Shown: piece by piece, positions 20,798 to 31,462 of the stretch
How positions within the stretch are numbered: the first letter of the stretch is position 1
Layout of the letters: each line of letters opens with the position of its first letter
NCBI GenBank assembly: GCA_963733395.1
Contig: CAVTCZ010000009.1
Coordinates: forward strand, 293,436-357,435
Direction of reading: 5' to 3'
DNA length: 64,000 bases
Source of the DNA: an uncultured Actinomycetota bacterium
GTDB taxonomy: Bacteria > Actinomycetota > Actinomycetes > S36-B12 > UBA10799
The notes under the pieces: generated by a model
Seen by the model: only the letters and a program-made list of their open reading frames with translations
Database searches by the model: none
What the model was told of the DNA's origin: nothing
Program-made: the position numbers and the translations under genes

Positions 20798-22128
20798 AGC
20801 GACAGGTACCGCTCCAACTCGAACCGAGTGACGTGCTTCTTGTAGTCGGCCCACTCCGCCTTCTTGTTCCGCAGGAAGAAGTCGAAGACGTGTTCGCCCA
20901 GCGTCTCCGCAACCAGTTCGGAGTTCTCCATCGCGGTGACCGCCTGCGCCAGGCTGCCGGGCAGCGGCCGCAGGCCGAGGGCCCGGCGCTCACCGTCGGT
21001 CAACGCCCATACGTCGTCCTCGGTGGCCGGCGCGAGTTCGTACTTCTCCTCGATCCCCTTGAGCCCCGCAGCGAGGATCAGGGCATAGGCCAGGTACGGA
21101 TTCGTGGCGCTGTCCAGCGACCGGAACTCAATGCGCGTGGACTGCCCCTTGGCCGGCTTGTACATGGGGACACGGATGAGGGCGGACCGGTTGTTGTGGC
21201 CCCAGCAGATGTAACTCGGGGCCTCCATACCGCCGGCCAACCGCTTGTAGGAGTTGATCCACTGGTTGGTGACCGCCGTGATCTCCGGGGCGTGATGCAG
21301 CAGTCCGGCGATGAACTGACGTGCCAGCACCGACAGTTGCAGGTCGGCACCGGGCTCGAAGAACGCGTTGGCGTCGCCCTCGAACAGGCTGACGTGGGTG
21401 TGCATGCCCGAGCCGGGGTGGTCGGTGAACGGCTTGGGGATGAAGGACGCCACCACCCCGTGCTCGAGCGCCACCTCCTTGACCACCAGCCGGAAAGTCA
21501 TGATGTTGTCCGCGGTGGTCAGCGCATCCGCGTAGCGCAGATCGATCTCCTGCTGGCCGGGGGCGCCCTCGTGGTGGGAGAACTCCACGGAGATGCCCAT
21601 GTGCTCCAGCGTCGAGATCGACTGCCGCCGGAAGTCCTGACCCGCCGGGTGCGGGCTGTGGTCGAAGTAGCCGACGTTGTCGACGGGAACCGGATCCCCG
21701 CCGTCGGTCGGCATGTCGTTGAACAGGAAGAACTCGATCTCCGGGTGGGTGTAGAAGGTGAAGCCCAGTTGCGCCGCCTTCGCCAGTTGTCGCTTGAGTA
21801 CCCAGCGTGGGTCGGCGTACGAGGGCGAACCGTCTGGCAGCAGGATGTCGCAGAACAGCCGCGCGACCGGCATGTCGTCACCGCGCCAGGGCAGGATCTG
21901 GAAACTCGACGGGTCCGGCTTGGCCAGCATGTCCGACTCGGTCACCCGGGAGAAACCCTCGATCGCCGACCCGTCGAAGCCGATGCCCTCCGCGAACGCG
22001 CCTTCCAGCTCGGCCGGAGCGATCGACACCGATTTGAGGATGCCCAGCACATCGGTGAACCACAGCCGCACGAAGCGGATGTCGCGTTCCTCGATGGTGC
22101 GCAGCACGTACTCGGTCTGCTTGTCCAT
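20794..22128 (-). CDS. glnA2: Glutamine synthetase type I, GlnA2 clade
   Basis: MDKQTEYVLRTIEERDIRFVRLWFTD, HHEGAPGQQE, GSGMHTH, NSYKRL, RIEFR. Confidence 0.93.
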   Translation of the reverse strand: MDKQTEYVLRTIEERDIRFVRLWFTDVLGILKSVSIAPAELEGAFAEGIGFDGSAIEGFSRVTESDMLAKPDPSSFQILPWRGDDMPVARLFCDILLPDGSPSYADPRWVLKRQLAKAAQLGFTFYTHPEIEFFLFNDMPTDGGDPVPVDNVGYFDHSPHPAGQDFRRQSISTLEHMGISVEFSHHEGAPGQQEIDLRYADALTTADNIMTFRLVVKEVALEHGVVASFIPKPFTDHPGSGMHTHVSLFEGDANAFFEPGADLQLSVLARQFIAGLLHHAPEITAVTNQWINSYKRLAGGMEAPSYICWGHNNRSALIRVPMYKPAKGQSTRIEFRSLDSATNPYLAYALILAAGLKGIEEKYELAPATEDDVWALTDGERRALGLRPLPGSLAQAVTAMENSELVAETLGEHVFDFFLRNKKAEWADYKKHVTRFELERYLSL

Positions 22129-22189
22129 GTCCCCATCCTGCCGTATGACGGCGGCGGTCCGGGGCCCGCAGGCGCAGTGCTGGTCCGGG

Positions 22190-22245
22190 TTCTGTGACGA
22201 AGTCGCAGCAACACGTCGGCGTGTCCGTGCGATTTCGTCACAGAA
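22190..22245. repeat. Palindrome family C copy 1 (may double as terminator)
   Basis: TTCTGTGACGAAGTCGC ... GCGATTTCGTCACAGAA; related boxes at 63559-63676. Confidence 0.7.
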
Positions 22246-22257
22246 GCCGAGCAGCGA

Positions 22258-22674
22258 CTAGTGGAACCTCCAGCAGAACCTCTTGCCCAGCCGCTTCCAC
22301 GTCTGCTGACCGACCTTGCCGTCCACGATCAGATCCTGCCGTTCCTGGAACCGGCTGATCGCCTGCGCGGTGCGAGGGCCGTAGGACCCGTCCACCACGA
22401 CCAGCCGACCGGCGTCGTCACGGATCTCGACCGCGCGCAGCACTGCCTGCACGGAACGCACGGCCTTGCGGACCTTTCGGTTCGTGGTCCCCGCCAGCGC
22501 CGTCGACAGCAGGAAGTCGAAGGGATACTTGGTGTTCGCCTGCGGCACGCTCGGGTCGTCGAAGTTGCAGACGGTGTACTTCGACGCCGACGGGACAGGG
22601 ACCCGGGCCTGCGCCGGTGCCAGCGGAGCCAGCATCACCGCCGCGGCCATCGCCCCAACCAGGGATCTGTGCAT
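22258..22674 (-). CDS. Secreted peptidoglycan-binding (PG_binding_1) protein
   Basis: Signal peptide; VDGSYGPRTAQAISRFQ...LIVDGKVGQQTW. Confidence 0.85.
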   Translation of the reverse strand: MHRSLVGAMAAAVMLAPLAPAQARVPVPSASKYTVCNFDDPSVPQANTKYPFDFLLSTALAGTTNRKVRKAVRSVQAVLRAVEIRDDAGRLVVVDGSYGPRTAQAISRFQERQDLIVDGKVGQQTWKRLGKRFCWRFH

Positions 22675-22756
22675 GGCGACCTCCTCGATCGGACGATCCG
22701 AGGCTACTCGCGTCGGCGGCCAACCGGAAGATGTTGCGGTTTGCCAGACTGAGGCC

Positions 22757-24454
22757 ATGGCAACTCTGCGGATCGCGCTGGCACAGGTCAACCCCACGGT
22801 CGGTGATCTCTTGGGCAACCGCGCTCTGGTGGTCGAGGGCACGGCGAAGGCCGCCGCGGCCGGCGCCGACCTGGTCGCCTTCCCCGAGATGATGCTGTCG
22901 GGTTACCCGATCGAGGACTTGGCGCTTCGCCCCAGTTTCCAGTTCGCCTGCGCGCAGTCCCTGCAGACATTGGCGGCCGACCTCGATGCCGCCGGCCTCG
23001 GTGAGACCGCAGTCGTCGTGGGCCACTTGGCCCCCATGCCCGCCGATGCGCAGGATCGCCGCGGCTACAACGCGGCCGCGGTCCTGCACGGCGGCACGAT
23101 CGTCGCGGACTACGCGAAGCACCACCTGCCGAACTACGGGGTCTTCGACGAGCAGCGGTACTTCCGCTCGAGCGACCAGCCGTGCCGCATCAGGGTCGGA
23201 GGCGTCGACGTCGCGCTCGCGATCTGCGAGGACATCTGGGTGAGCGCCGGCCCCCTGACCCAACTGCGCGAGCAGCCACCCGGGGTGCTGCTGGTGATCA
23301 ACGGCAGTCCCTACGAGCGCAACAAGGATGATGTCCGGTTGCAGCTGTGTTCCGAGCGCGCCCGGCAGGTCGGCTGCACGCTCGCGTACGTCAACATGTG
23401 GGGCGGCCAGGACGAGCTCGTCTTCGACGGCGATTCCATGGTGGTCGACGCTGCGGGTGATGTCTTGGCCCGGGCACCACAGTTCGTGGATCACCTGCTG
23501 GTGGTCGATCTGGACGCCCCCGAAGCCACAACTGAGCCCACGGTGGCGCTACCGGCCGCACACCCGGGGCAGCTGGTCACCCGGCACGTCGCCGAGCCAC
23601 TCAGCGACGCCCGGGAGGTCTACCTGGCGCTGGTGACGGGGTTGCGCGACTACGTGCGCAAGAACGGCTTCCGCAGCGTGGCTCTGGGCATGTCGGGCGG
23701 GATCGACTCGGCATTGGTCGCCGCCATCGCCTGCGACGCGGTCGGTCCGGAGAACGTCTACGGGGTCCGGATGCCCAGCGAGTACTCGTCGGAGCATTCG
23801 CTTGCCGACGCCGCGGAGTCCGCGGCCCTCACCGGCATGAACCTGCGCACGATCCCGATCACTGACATGGTCGATGCCTATCAACGCAATCTGAACCTCA
23901 CCGGATTGGCCGCCGAGAACCTGCAGGCGCGGGTGCGCGGGGCGATCCTCATGGCCATCAGCAACTCCGAGGGCCACTTGGTGCTGGCCACCGGGAACAA
24001 GAGCGAACTCGCAGTCGGCTACTCGACCATCTACGGCGATGCGGTGGGTGGTTTCGCCCCGATCAAGGACGTCCCCAAGACCCTGGTCTGGGAGATGGCA
24101 CGGTGGCGCAACGAGTCCGCGGCGCGCACCGGTGAGACCGCACCGATCCCGCCGAACAGCATCGCCAAACCACCCTCGGCGGAGTTGCGTCCGGGGCAGC
24201 TGGACTCCGATTCGCTGCCGGACTACGGGCAACTCGACAGCATCCTGGAGGACTATGTGGGCGGCGACATGGGAGCCGGCGAACTGGTTGCCGCCGGGTA
24301 CGATCCGGAACTTGTCGCCCGTGTGGTGCAACTGACGGACGCCGCCGAGTGGAAGCGGCGCCAGTACCCGCCCGGCACCAAGATCACCTTCCGCGCCTTC
24401 GGCCGGGACCGGCGGCTGCCGATCACGAACCGGTGGCGCGAGCCCCTGGACTGA
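22757..24454 (+). CDS. nadE: Glutamine-dependent NAD+ synthetase
   Basis: Nitrilase domain (FPE, LPNYGVFDE, ICEDIW) plus SGGIDS, ENLQAR, TGNKSE, PSAEL. Confidence 0.95.
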   Translation: MATLRIALAQVNPTVGDLLGNRALVVEGTAKAAAAGADLVAFPEMMLSGYPIEDLALRPSFQFACAQSLQTLAADLDAAGLGETAVVVGHLAPMPADAQDRRGYNAAAVLHGGTIVADYAKHHLPNYGVFDEQRYFRSSDQPCRIRVGGVDVALAICEDIWVSAGPLTQLREQPPGVLLVINGSPYERNKDDVRLQLCSERARQVGCTLAYVNMWGGQDELVFDGDSMVVDAAGDVLARAPQFVDHLLVVDLDAPEATTEPTVALPAAHPGQLVTRHVAEPLSDAREVYLALVTGLRDYVRKNGFRSVALGMSGGIDSALVAAIACDAVGPENVYGVRMPSEYSSEHSLADAAESAALTGMNLRTIPITDMVDAYQRNLNLTGLAAENLQARVRGAILMAISNSEGHLVLATGNKSELAVGYSTIYGDAVGGFAPIKDVPKTLVWEMARWRNESAARTGETAPIPPNSIAKPPSAELRPGQLDSDSLPDYGQLDSILEDYVGGDMGAGELVAAGYDPELVARVVQLTDAAEWKRRQYPPGTKITFRAFGRDRRLPITNRWREPLD

Positions 24455-25019
24455 GCAGCCCCGTGAGCACCAGATCCACCACATCGGGGATGGCCACCTC
24501 GCCCGGCCGGTAGCCGCGCGCCCGGTGCATCCCGACAAGGATCGCCGGCGCACTCAGGCAGGTCGTAGCGACCTCCAGGTCCACATCCGGGCGCAGGTAC
24601 CCCTGCTCGCGGCCCTGGTCCAGCACGGCGCGCAGGGCATCGCGACGGGGCCCGACGACCTTGGTCATGTAGAGGTCCTTGAGTTGCGGCCGCTGCTGCA
24701 TGGCCAGCAACCATGTGGGCGTCATCCCCGCTGCGTGCGCACCGGCGACCCACTCCAGCAGGCGGATGAGGGCATCGCGCACCGGCAGTCCACTGACGTC
24801 GGGCATGTGTTCGTTCACTGCGGCGAACCCGGCGTCCAGCAACTCCTCGCGGGAACGGTACCGGCGGTAGATGGCCGCCTTGCCGACCCCGGAGCGCGCG
24901 GCCAGTTCGTCCACGGAGAACCCGTCGGGCCCGCGTTCGGCCAGAAGTGCCACCAGGTGCTCGGTCAGGGCCTCGTCCACCCGCGGGTCGCGCGGCCGTC
25001 CGAGCTGCGTCGGATTCAT
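24423..25019 (-). CDS. TetR-family regulator
   Basis: GRPRD...SVDELAARSGVGKAAIYRRY HTH. Confidence 0.92.
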   Translation of the reverse strand: MNPTQLGRPRDPRVDEALTEHLVALLAERGPDGFSVDELAARSGVGKAAIYRRYRSREELLDAGFAAVNEHMPDVSGLPVRDALIRLLEWVAGAHAAGMTPTWLLAMQQRPQLKDLYMTKVVGPRRDALRAVLDQGREQGYLRPDVDLEVATTCLSAPAILVGMHRARGYRPGEVAIPDVVDLVLTGLLSPGARATGS

Positions 25020-26656
25020 GTCCGTTCGGGTGCCGGATCGCCGACATCCTCCGGCTCGCCCTCGAACGCATCCGGGGGCAGCGCCGGGTCCACTTCCGCC
25101 TGGCCGGAGTGACCACCCCAGGCAGCGTGCTCGGGTTCGGCGGGCAGCCGGGTCAGCAGCACCACCAGCGCGATGAGGATCAGCAGTGCCGAGCCCAGCG
25201 CCGCCAGATGGAACGCCTGCATGAAACTGTCGACGGCTGCGGACTGGATCGCCACCGCCTGCTGGGCCTCGAGGGCCCCTGCGGCAACTGCGCGCCCGGT
25301 GGCCTCGTACGCCCCGCCGATCGAGTCGGTCACCGGCACCTGCAGTTGTGCCGGCAGCGCCGCGATGCCCGGCTTGTCATCCATGGTGTTGCTGTAGGCC
25401 ACTGCCACCACCGAGGACAGCACTGCGATGCCGATCGCCGCAGCGACCTGCCGGACGGTGTTCTGCACCGCGGACCCCGCGCCCGACTTCTCCGGCGGCG
25501 TGGCCAGGGTCATCCGGGTGGTGGCCGGGGCGATCACATTGCCGAGCCCGAAGCCCAGGAAGAACCACGTCACGAGCAGCACCCACGCGGGAGTCTCGGG
25601 CTGCAGGAACATGATCGACACGAACACCCCGCCGGCCAGGACGAGGCCGAAAGTGATCACCTTGCGCGCGCCGAACCGCTCCACCATCTTCGCACTGCGG
25701 GGTGCCGCCAACAGCTGTCCCACGGCGACGGGCAACGTGAACGCACCGGCCTGCAGCGGGCTGTAGCCGCGCACCAGCTGCATGTAGAACGCCAGGAAGA
25801 GCAGTGAACCGGTCATCGCCGCGAACGTCAGCGACACCGTCGTCAGGGAGGCGGAGAACGAGCGGATGGAGAACAACGACATGTCCAGCGACGGATGGTC
25901 GCTGCGGATCTCCAGCCAGATGAACGCGATCAGGATCGCCAAACCCCCGACGATGCAGCCAGCCACATCCGGGCTGAACCAATCCTGTGTGTCTCCGCCC
26001 TGCTGGATCCCGTACACCAGAAGCAGCAGCCCGGAGATGCTCATGAGCAGGCCCAGCGGGTCGAGTCTGCCGGGATTCGGGTTACGCGACTCGGGCACCA
26101 GGATCAGGATCCCGATCACACCCGCGATGACGATCGGGACATTGATCAGGAACACCGAACCCCACCAGAAGTGCTCGAGCAGGAAACCGCCCAACAGCGG
26201 CCCGATCGCCACCGCGCCCCCGACCGCGGCGGCCCACATGCCGATGGCCCGGCCCCGTTCGTGTGGCGGGAAGACGACGGTGATGATGGCCAGCGTCACC
26301 GGCAGGACCGAGGCGCCGCCCACCCCCATGAACGCGCGGGCGAGGATCAACTGCATCGGGTCGGTGGCGAAGGCGCTCAGGGCTGAGGCGAAGCCGAACA
26401 ACAGCAGGCCGATGACCAGGATCTTCTTGCGGCCGTAGCGGTCGCCCAGCACACCCCACGTGAACAGGAACGCGGCGAACACCAGCGTGTAGGAGTTGAT
26501 CGCCCACACGATCTCGTTCTGGGTGGCGCCGAGATCCTCTTGGATCGTCTTCAGCGCCACGTTCAGCACGGTGTTGTCCAGAACGACCACCAGGAGGCTG
26601 ACGACCAGCACCCCGAGGATCTGCCAGCGGCGCGGATGCCCGGCTTGCTTGTCCAT
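25016..26656 (-). CDS. DHA2/EmrB-type MFS efflux transporter
   Basis: LDNTVLNVAL, GDRYGRK, WGSVFLINVP; about 14 TM. Confidence 0.92.
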   Translation of the reverse strand: MDKQAGHPRRWQILGVLVVSLLVVVLDNTVLNVALKTIQEDLGATQNEIVWAINSYTLVFAAFLFTWGVLGDRYGRKKILVIGLLLFGFASALSAFATDPMQLILARAFMGVGGASVLPVTLAIITVVFPPHERGRAIGMWAAAVGGAVAIGPLLGGFLLEHFWWGSVFLINVPIVIAGVIGILILVPESRNPNPGRLDPLGLLMSISGLLLLVYGIQQGGDTQDWFSPDVAGCIVGGLAILIAFIWLEIRSDHPSLDMSLFSIRSFSASLTTVSLTFAAMTGSLLFLAFYMQLVRGYSPLQAGAFTLPVAVGQLLAAPRSAKMVERFGARKVITFGLVLAGGVFVSIMFLQPETPAWVLLVTWFFLGFGLGNVIAPATTRMTLATPPEKSGAGSAVQNTVRQVAAAIGIAVLSSVVAVAYSNTMDDKPGIAALPAQLQVPVTDSIGGAYEATGRAVAAGALEAQQAVAIQSAAVDSFMQAFHLAALGSALLILIALVVLLTRLPAEPEHAAWGGHSGQAEVDPALPPDAFEGEPEDVGDPAPERT

Positions 26657-26667
26657 TGTCAGCCTTT

Positions 26668-26692
26668 CGGAACGATGTAGTTCCGTATCTTA
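26668..26692 (-). promoter_or_regulatory. Putative TetR operator and -10 of the MFS-tetR operon
   Basis: CGGAAC-N6-GTTCCG (26668-26685) immediately downstream of -10 TAAGAT (26687-26692). Confidence 0.55.
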
Positions 26693-26815
26693 CGCCGACT
26701 GTGATTGAGCGTGCAACCACCTACGTCCGTGCCTCTAGGCGAATGGGCCCCCGGTATGTCACCATGAAGTCGTCCGGGGACTCACCGTGAGCCTCGAGGC
26801 TGGAGGTTACTCCCG

Positions 26816-27643
26816 ATGTCCGAATCCCTTTACGGCCCCGCCACTGGTCGTCGCGTGACGACCAAGGACCTCGCCGCCGCCAAGGAGCGTGGTGAGAAAT
26901 GGCCGATGATCACCGCGTACGACGCCCTCACCGCGGGTCTGTTCGACGCCGCCGGCATCCCCGTGATGCTCGTGGGCGACTCAGCGGCCATGGTCGTGTA
27001 CGGCCATGATTCGACCATCCCGGTCACCGTGGACGAACTCATCCCGCTCGTGGCTGCCGTGGTGCGCGGATCGCAGCGGGCGATGGTGGTGGCCGACCTG
27101 CCGTTCGGCTCGTACCAGGAGTCCCCGCAGCAGGCGTTGGCCACCGCGATCCGCTTCATGAAGGAATCCGGTGCGCACGCCGTGAAACTGGAGGGCGGCG
27201 AGCGGGTTCTGCCGCACGTCGAGTTGTTGACCAGCGCCGGCATCCCCGTCATGGCCCATCTCGGACTCACCCCGCAGTCGGTCCACCAGTTCGGTGGGTA
27301 CAAGGTCCAGGGCCGCGGCGAGGCCGGCCAACGGCTGATCCTGGACGCCAAGCACATGGAGCAGGCGGGAGCGTTCGCCACCGTGCTCGAAGTGGTTCCG
27401 GCCGATCTCGCCGACGCCGTGACCCGGGCCGTCTCGATCCCGACCATCGGCATCGGCGCCGGTCCGCACACCGACGCCCAGGTGCTGGTGTGGCAGGACA
27501 TGGCCGGCCTCACTCCGGGCAAGCCGCCGAAGTTCGTCAAGCAGTACGCGGACCTTCGCTCTGTGCTCACCGATGCCGTGCAGACCTGGGCCGGCGAGGT
27601 GGTTGCCGGCACCTACCCCGGCCCGGAGCACCAGTACTCCTGA
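26816..27643 (+). CDS. panB: 3-methyl-2-oxobutanoate hydroxymethyltransferase
   Basis: [31 protein letters not shown]. Confidence 0.96.
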   Translation: MSESLYGPATGRRVTTKDLAAAKERGEKWPMITAYDALTAGLFDAAGIPVMLVGDSAAMVVYGHDSTIPVTVDELIPLVAAVVRGSQRAMVVADLPFGSYQESPQQALATAIRFMKESGAHAVKLEGGERVLPHVELLTSAGIPVMAHLGLTPQSVHQFGGYKVQGRGEAGQRLILDAKHMEQAGAFATVLEVVPADLADAVTRAVSIPTIGIGAGPHTDAQVLVWQDMAGLTPGKPPKFVKQYADLRSVLTDAVQTWAGEVVAGTYPGPEHQYS

Positions 27644-27763
27644 GGCGGGGTTGCCCCCTCGCAGCGAGTGTCGCGCGGTTGCGGGTTCGGCAGGGGTCCA
27701 ACCGACAACGGTGCAACAGTCGGGCGGCTCGGGCCACAACGGTGCAACAGTCGCTACCCCTCA
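27641..27763. repeat. Family A palindromic element copy 2
   Basis: 17-bp boxes at 27665 (reverse), 27706 and 27737 (forward). Confidence 0.8.
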
Positions 27764-27821
27764 GCCAGATCGCAATGCAGCCGCATCGCTGAGAGACCGA
27801 TGGTCGACCCGCGCCCGAGCA

Positions 27822-28451
27822 TCAGGGCAGGTCCGTGATCCGGACGCCGGCGTGGACCTTGTAGCGCCGGTTGATGGAGATGAGGTTCGCGGTGAGGGCC
27901 TCCACCTGGGCCGCGTTGCGCAGGCGCCCTGAGAACACCCCGCGCATCCCCGGCACCCGGCCGGCCAGGTCGATGACCTCGTCGGCAGCCTCCCGGTCGT
28001 CGGCCAGCACCATGATGTCGATGTCGAGCTCGTGATCGAGGTCCGCGAGCAACACCGCACTGACGTGGTGAAACGCCGCGACCACCCGGGCTTGTGGCGC
28101 CAGTGCGGCCGCCTGCTGCGCGGCCGAGCCTTCCGGCACCGCCACCGGGAAGGCGCCCTGCTTGTCGAAGCCGAGCGGGTTGACGCAGTCGATGAGGATC
28201 TTGCCCGCCACCGCCTGCGCCACCTCCTCGAGGGTGTGCGCATGCCCCGCGAAAGGCACCGCCACCAACACCATGTCAGCTTGTGTGGCCGCGTCGAGGT
28301 TGCCTGCCCCGCGCACGCCGATCTCCGCGGCCGCCACCTGCGCCCGCTGCGGATCCCGCGAGCCCAGCACCACGTCGAGCCCGGCCGCCGCCCACCGCGC
28401 GGCCAATCCCTTACCCTGCGGTCCGGTGCCGCCCAGCACTGCAATCGTCAT
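27822..28451 (-). CDS. npdG: NADPH-dependent F420 reductase
   Basis: IAVLGGTGPQG, GSR, DCVNPL, AFHHVSA, LTANLISINRRYK. Confidence 0.92.
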   Translation of the reverse strand: MTIAVLGGTGPQGKGLAARWAAAGLDVVLGSRDPQRAQVAAAEIGVRGAGNLDAATQADMVLVAVPFAGHAHTLEEVAQAVAGKILIDCVNPLGFDKQGAFPVAVPEGSAAQQAAALAPQARVVAAFHHVSAVLLADLDHELDIDIMVLADDREAADEVIDLAGRVPGMRGVFSGRLRNAAQVEALTANLISINRRYKVHAGVRITDLP

Positions 28452-28567
28452 GGCCGTCAGTCTGCCAGCCTGCAACATGCCGCCTGCGGGGACGCCCAAC
28501 AAGTCGGCTCAACGGTCACTCCGGAGCGCCAGGTATGGACGCTGCGGAACGTCGCCCTCGTGGACTG

Positions 28568-28783
28568 TCAGTCGACGTCCTCGGCGGCGTCGCCCTCGCG
28601 ACCCTTGACGTTGCCCTCACTCCACTCCCGCTCGCCGGCATCCCACTCCTCGTTGCGCTTGCGGGCGATCTCGAACGCATGGGCGGCCTGGTCCTCCGAC
28701 GTGTAGGGGCCAAGGCGCTCGGAGTTCGCGCACCCCTTCTCGGGCTCCACGCGGTTGTGCACCAGGCAGTAGTACCAGCTCAT
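28568..28783 (-). CDS. Small actinobacterial hypothetical protein (71 aa)
   Basis: [15 protein letters not shown]...RLGPY...RNEEWD; RBS GGAGG; divergent from map. Confidence 0.8.
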   Translation of the reverse strand: MSWYYCLVHNRVEPEKGCANSERLGPYTSEDQAAHAFEIARKRNEEWDAGEREWSEGNVKGREGDAAEDVD

Positions 28784-28835
28784 CTCAACCTCCGAGGTTG
28801 GGTCCGTTGACATCTTGGCACCTAGACTGGCGCGT

Positions 28836-29687
28836 ATGCCGCTCGCCCCCGGTCGTCTATCGCCGTTGCGCCCTGTGCCCGCAGACATCGAGCGCCCGGA
28901 GTACGTGGGCCGCCCCGCGCCCACGCCGTACCTGGGGCCGGAGGTGAAGGACGCCGACACCATCGCCGCGATGCGGGTGGCCGGACGGATCGCGGCGCAG
29001 GCCCTGCAAGAGGTCGGCCGGCACGTGCAACCGGGCATCACAACCGACCGGCTCGACGCCGTCGGACACGAGTTCCTGTGCGACCACGGGGCCTACCCCT
29101 CGACGCTCGGATATCGCGGTTACCCGAAGTCGCTGTGCACGTCGCTCAACGAGGTCATCTGCCACGGCATCCCGGACACAACCGTGGTCCAGGACGGCGA
29201 CATCGTGAACATCGACATCACCGCCTTCATCGGCGGGGTCCATGGCGACACCAACGCGACGTTCCTGGCCGGCGATGTGGACGAGGAGTCCCGACTGCTG
29301 GTGGAACGCACCGAGCAGGCAACTCTGCGGGCGATCCGGGCAGTGGCACCCGGGCGCACACTCAACGTCGTCGGGCGGGTCATCGAGTCGTATGCGAAAC
29401 GCTTCGGGTACGGGGTGGTGCGCGACTTCACCGGCCACGGCATCGGCACCTCGTTCCACTCGGGGCTGATCGTGCCGCACTACGACGATCCGGCCGCGAC
29501 ATTCACGCTGGAAACAGGCATGACCTTCACGATTGAGCCTATGCTCACGCTCGGAACCATCAACTACGAGATCTGGGACGACGGCTGGACGGTGGTCACC
29601 ATGGATCGCAAGCGCACTGCGCAGTTCGAGCACACGATCCTGGTCACCGACGCCGGCTCCGAGATCCTCACGACGCCGGAGGGTTGA
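28836..29687 (+). CDS. map: Type I methionine aminopeptidase
   Basis: [38 protein letters not shown]; leaderless TAGACT-N7-ATG. Confidence 0.96.
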   Translation: MPLAPGRLSPLRPVPADIERPEYVGRPAPTPYLGPEVKDADTIAAMRVAGRIAAQALQEVGRHVQPGITTDRLDAVGHEFLCDHGAYPSTLGYRGYPKSLCTSLNEVICHGIPDTTVVQDGDIVNIDITAFIGGVHGDTNATFLAGDVDEESRLLVERTEQATLRAIRAVAPGRTLNVVGRVIESYAKRFGYGVVRDFTGHGIGTSFHSGLIVPHYDDPAATFTLETGMTFTIEPMLTLGTINYEIWDDGWTVVTMDRKRTAQFEHTILVTDAGSEILTTPEG

Positions 29688-29688
29688 C

Positions 29689-30465
29689 ATGACCGAGAGC
29701 CCGCACGCCACCACCATCTGGCCGCCGGATGTGCTCACGCTGGCCGTCGACGTGGGCGGTTCCGGGCTGAAGGCATCTGTCCTCGACGTGAACGGGCAGA
29801 TGATCGCCGACCGGGTGCGCATCGAGACCCCGTACCCGTGCCCGCCGTCGCTGCTGGTCGAGAAACTCGCCGAACTGAAGAACCAACTGCCGGACGCCAA
29901 CCGCGCGTCCGTGGGTTTCCCGGGTCTCGTGCGCAGCGGCCGGGTGCTGAACATCCCGTCGCTGTCACGCCTGGAGTACGGCGGCCCGCGCGACGAGGCC
30001 ATGGCGAACATGTGGCACAACTTCGACCTCGCCACCGCGCTCGCCGACGAGTTCGACATCCCGGTGAAGGTGGCCAACGACGCCGACGTCCAAGGCTGCG
30101 CCGTGGTCGAGGGCACCGGCTTCGAGTTCGTGATGACGCTGGGCACCGGTTGTGGCACGGCGGTCTTCCACGAAGGCGCACTGCTGCCGCACATGGAGCT
30201 CTCCCACGCGCCCAGCGGCCCACACGGCGACTTCGACGACTTCATCGGCAACGCCGCGCGCAAGGAGATCGGGAACAAGGCCTGGCGCAAGCGGGTGGTC
30301 GAGGCGATGCAGATCTTCGACGAGTTCCTCTTCTACGACAAGATCTACGTCGGCGGCGGCAACGCCAAACACCTCAAGTCCGGTGACCTGGGCCCCAAGG
30401 CCAAGATCGTGGCCAACACAGCGGGGATCCTCGGCGGCATCCGGATCTGGGACTTGCAGAAGTAG
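29689..30465 (+). CDS. ROK-family kinase (polyphosphate glucokinase-like)
   Basis: DVGGSGLK, NDAD, TLGTG, GGGN. Confidence 0.88.
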   Translation: MTESPHATTIWPPDVLTLAVDVGGSGLKASVLDVNGQMIADRVRIETPYPCPPSLLVEKLAELKNQLPDANRASVGFPGLVRSGRVLNIPSLSRLEYGGPRDEAMANMWHNFDLATALADEFDIPVKVANDADVQGCAVVEGTGFEFVMTLGTGCGTAVFHEGALLPHMELSHAPSGPHGDFDDFIGNAARKEIGNKAWRKRVVEAMQIFDEFLFYDKIYVGGGNAKHLKSGDLGPKAKIVANTAGILGGIRIWDLQK

Positions 30466-30493
30466 GGCTCGTCGTCGCGACCGCAGCGCCGGC

Positions 30494-31282
30494 TCACGAC
30501 CCCATCACGAGCCAGGCCAGCAGGTAGCCCAGCGAGGTCGCGGTGGCGTGCACTGCCACGGGCACGATCAGGTGGTCGTAGCGGATCCGCAGCAGGCACA
30601 GGAAAACCCCGGCCAGACCTGCGGCGACCACTCCGGCAATGGCGGCCCACAGGGGGTCGCTGCCGAGCGTCGAGACCACGGCGGCGTTGCCCGCGGCGAC
30701 CCCGAGGGCCGGCAGGATGTGCCACGCCCCGAAGGCTGCAGATGATCCCGCGACCGCCCACACGGTCCCGAACCGTCGAGCGAACAGGGCCAGCAGGATG
30801 CCCCGGAACGCCACCTCCTCGAAGACCGCCGTGCCCAGCGGTGCGCGGACCAGGGCGAAGTACGCGATTCGGCCGCCGCCCATTCCCGATACCCGCTGGT
30901 CCACGAACGCAGAGGAGACGCCGGGCAGGCGGGTGCCCACGAGCATCACAACTGCGGTGAGAGCGGCAAAGGCCAGCGCGGCCAGGGCTGCCCGACGGTG
31001 GACCGGGCCGAGTCCCCACTGCTCGCGGTTCAACCCGTCGGCCCGCGCCAGGAGCACAAGACCGATGACTGCCAGGACGGCCCACAGCAGGTAGAGGGCC
31101 GGCGCCACCACGTTCCCCAGGATGTTGGCCACGCCCAGCAATGCCAGCGCACCGACGAGCGGTCCGGGACGCGCTGCGTCTGTTGGCGGTGTTCCGCCCA
31201 CGTTCACTCCTCGAATCACCGAGTCCAGCCGACGGGGCACGCACGACCTGCAGCCGGCCAGCGGGCTGTGCGGTCCCGACAT
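30494..31282 (-). CDS. CPBP/Abi intramembrane metalloprotease (start probably near 31201)
   Basis: EEVAFRG, FGAWH, VH motifs; hydrophobic. Confidence 0.88.
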   Translation of the reverse strand: MSGPHSPLAGCRSCVPRRLDSVIRGVNVGGTPPTDAARPGPLVGALALLGVANILGNVVAPALYLLWAVLAVIGLVLLARADGLNREQWGLGPVHRRAALAALAFAALTAVVMLVGTRLPGVSSAFVDQRVSGMGGGRIAYFALVRAPLGTAVFEEVAFRGILLALFARRFGTVWAVAGSSAAFGAWHILPALGVAAGNAAVVSTLGSDPLWAAIAGVVAAGLAGVFLCLLRIRYDHLIVPVAVHATATSLGYLLAWLVMGS

Positions 31283-31462
31283 CTTCCATCATCGACCCAC
31301 CGAAGGCCCCAGCGGTGGGCATCCCAGGACACGAGGACTGGACCTCCGGGTTCCAGCGCGGAACTGGATGCGTCCAACCTCGGTCGCGAGCGCGCCACCC
31401 GAGGTTGGACGCCGCTGGCGTCGACCCGGACCACCGCGCGTCGGAACTGCCATCCTGGACAC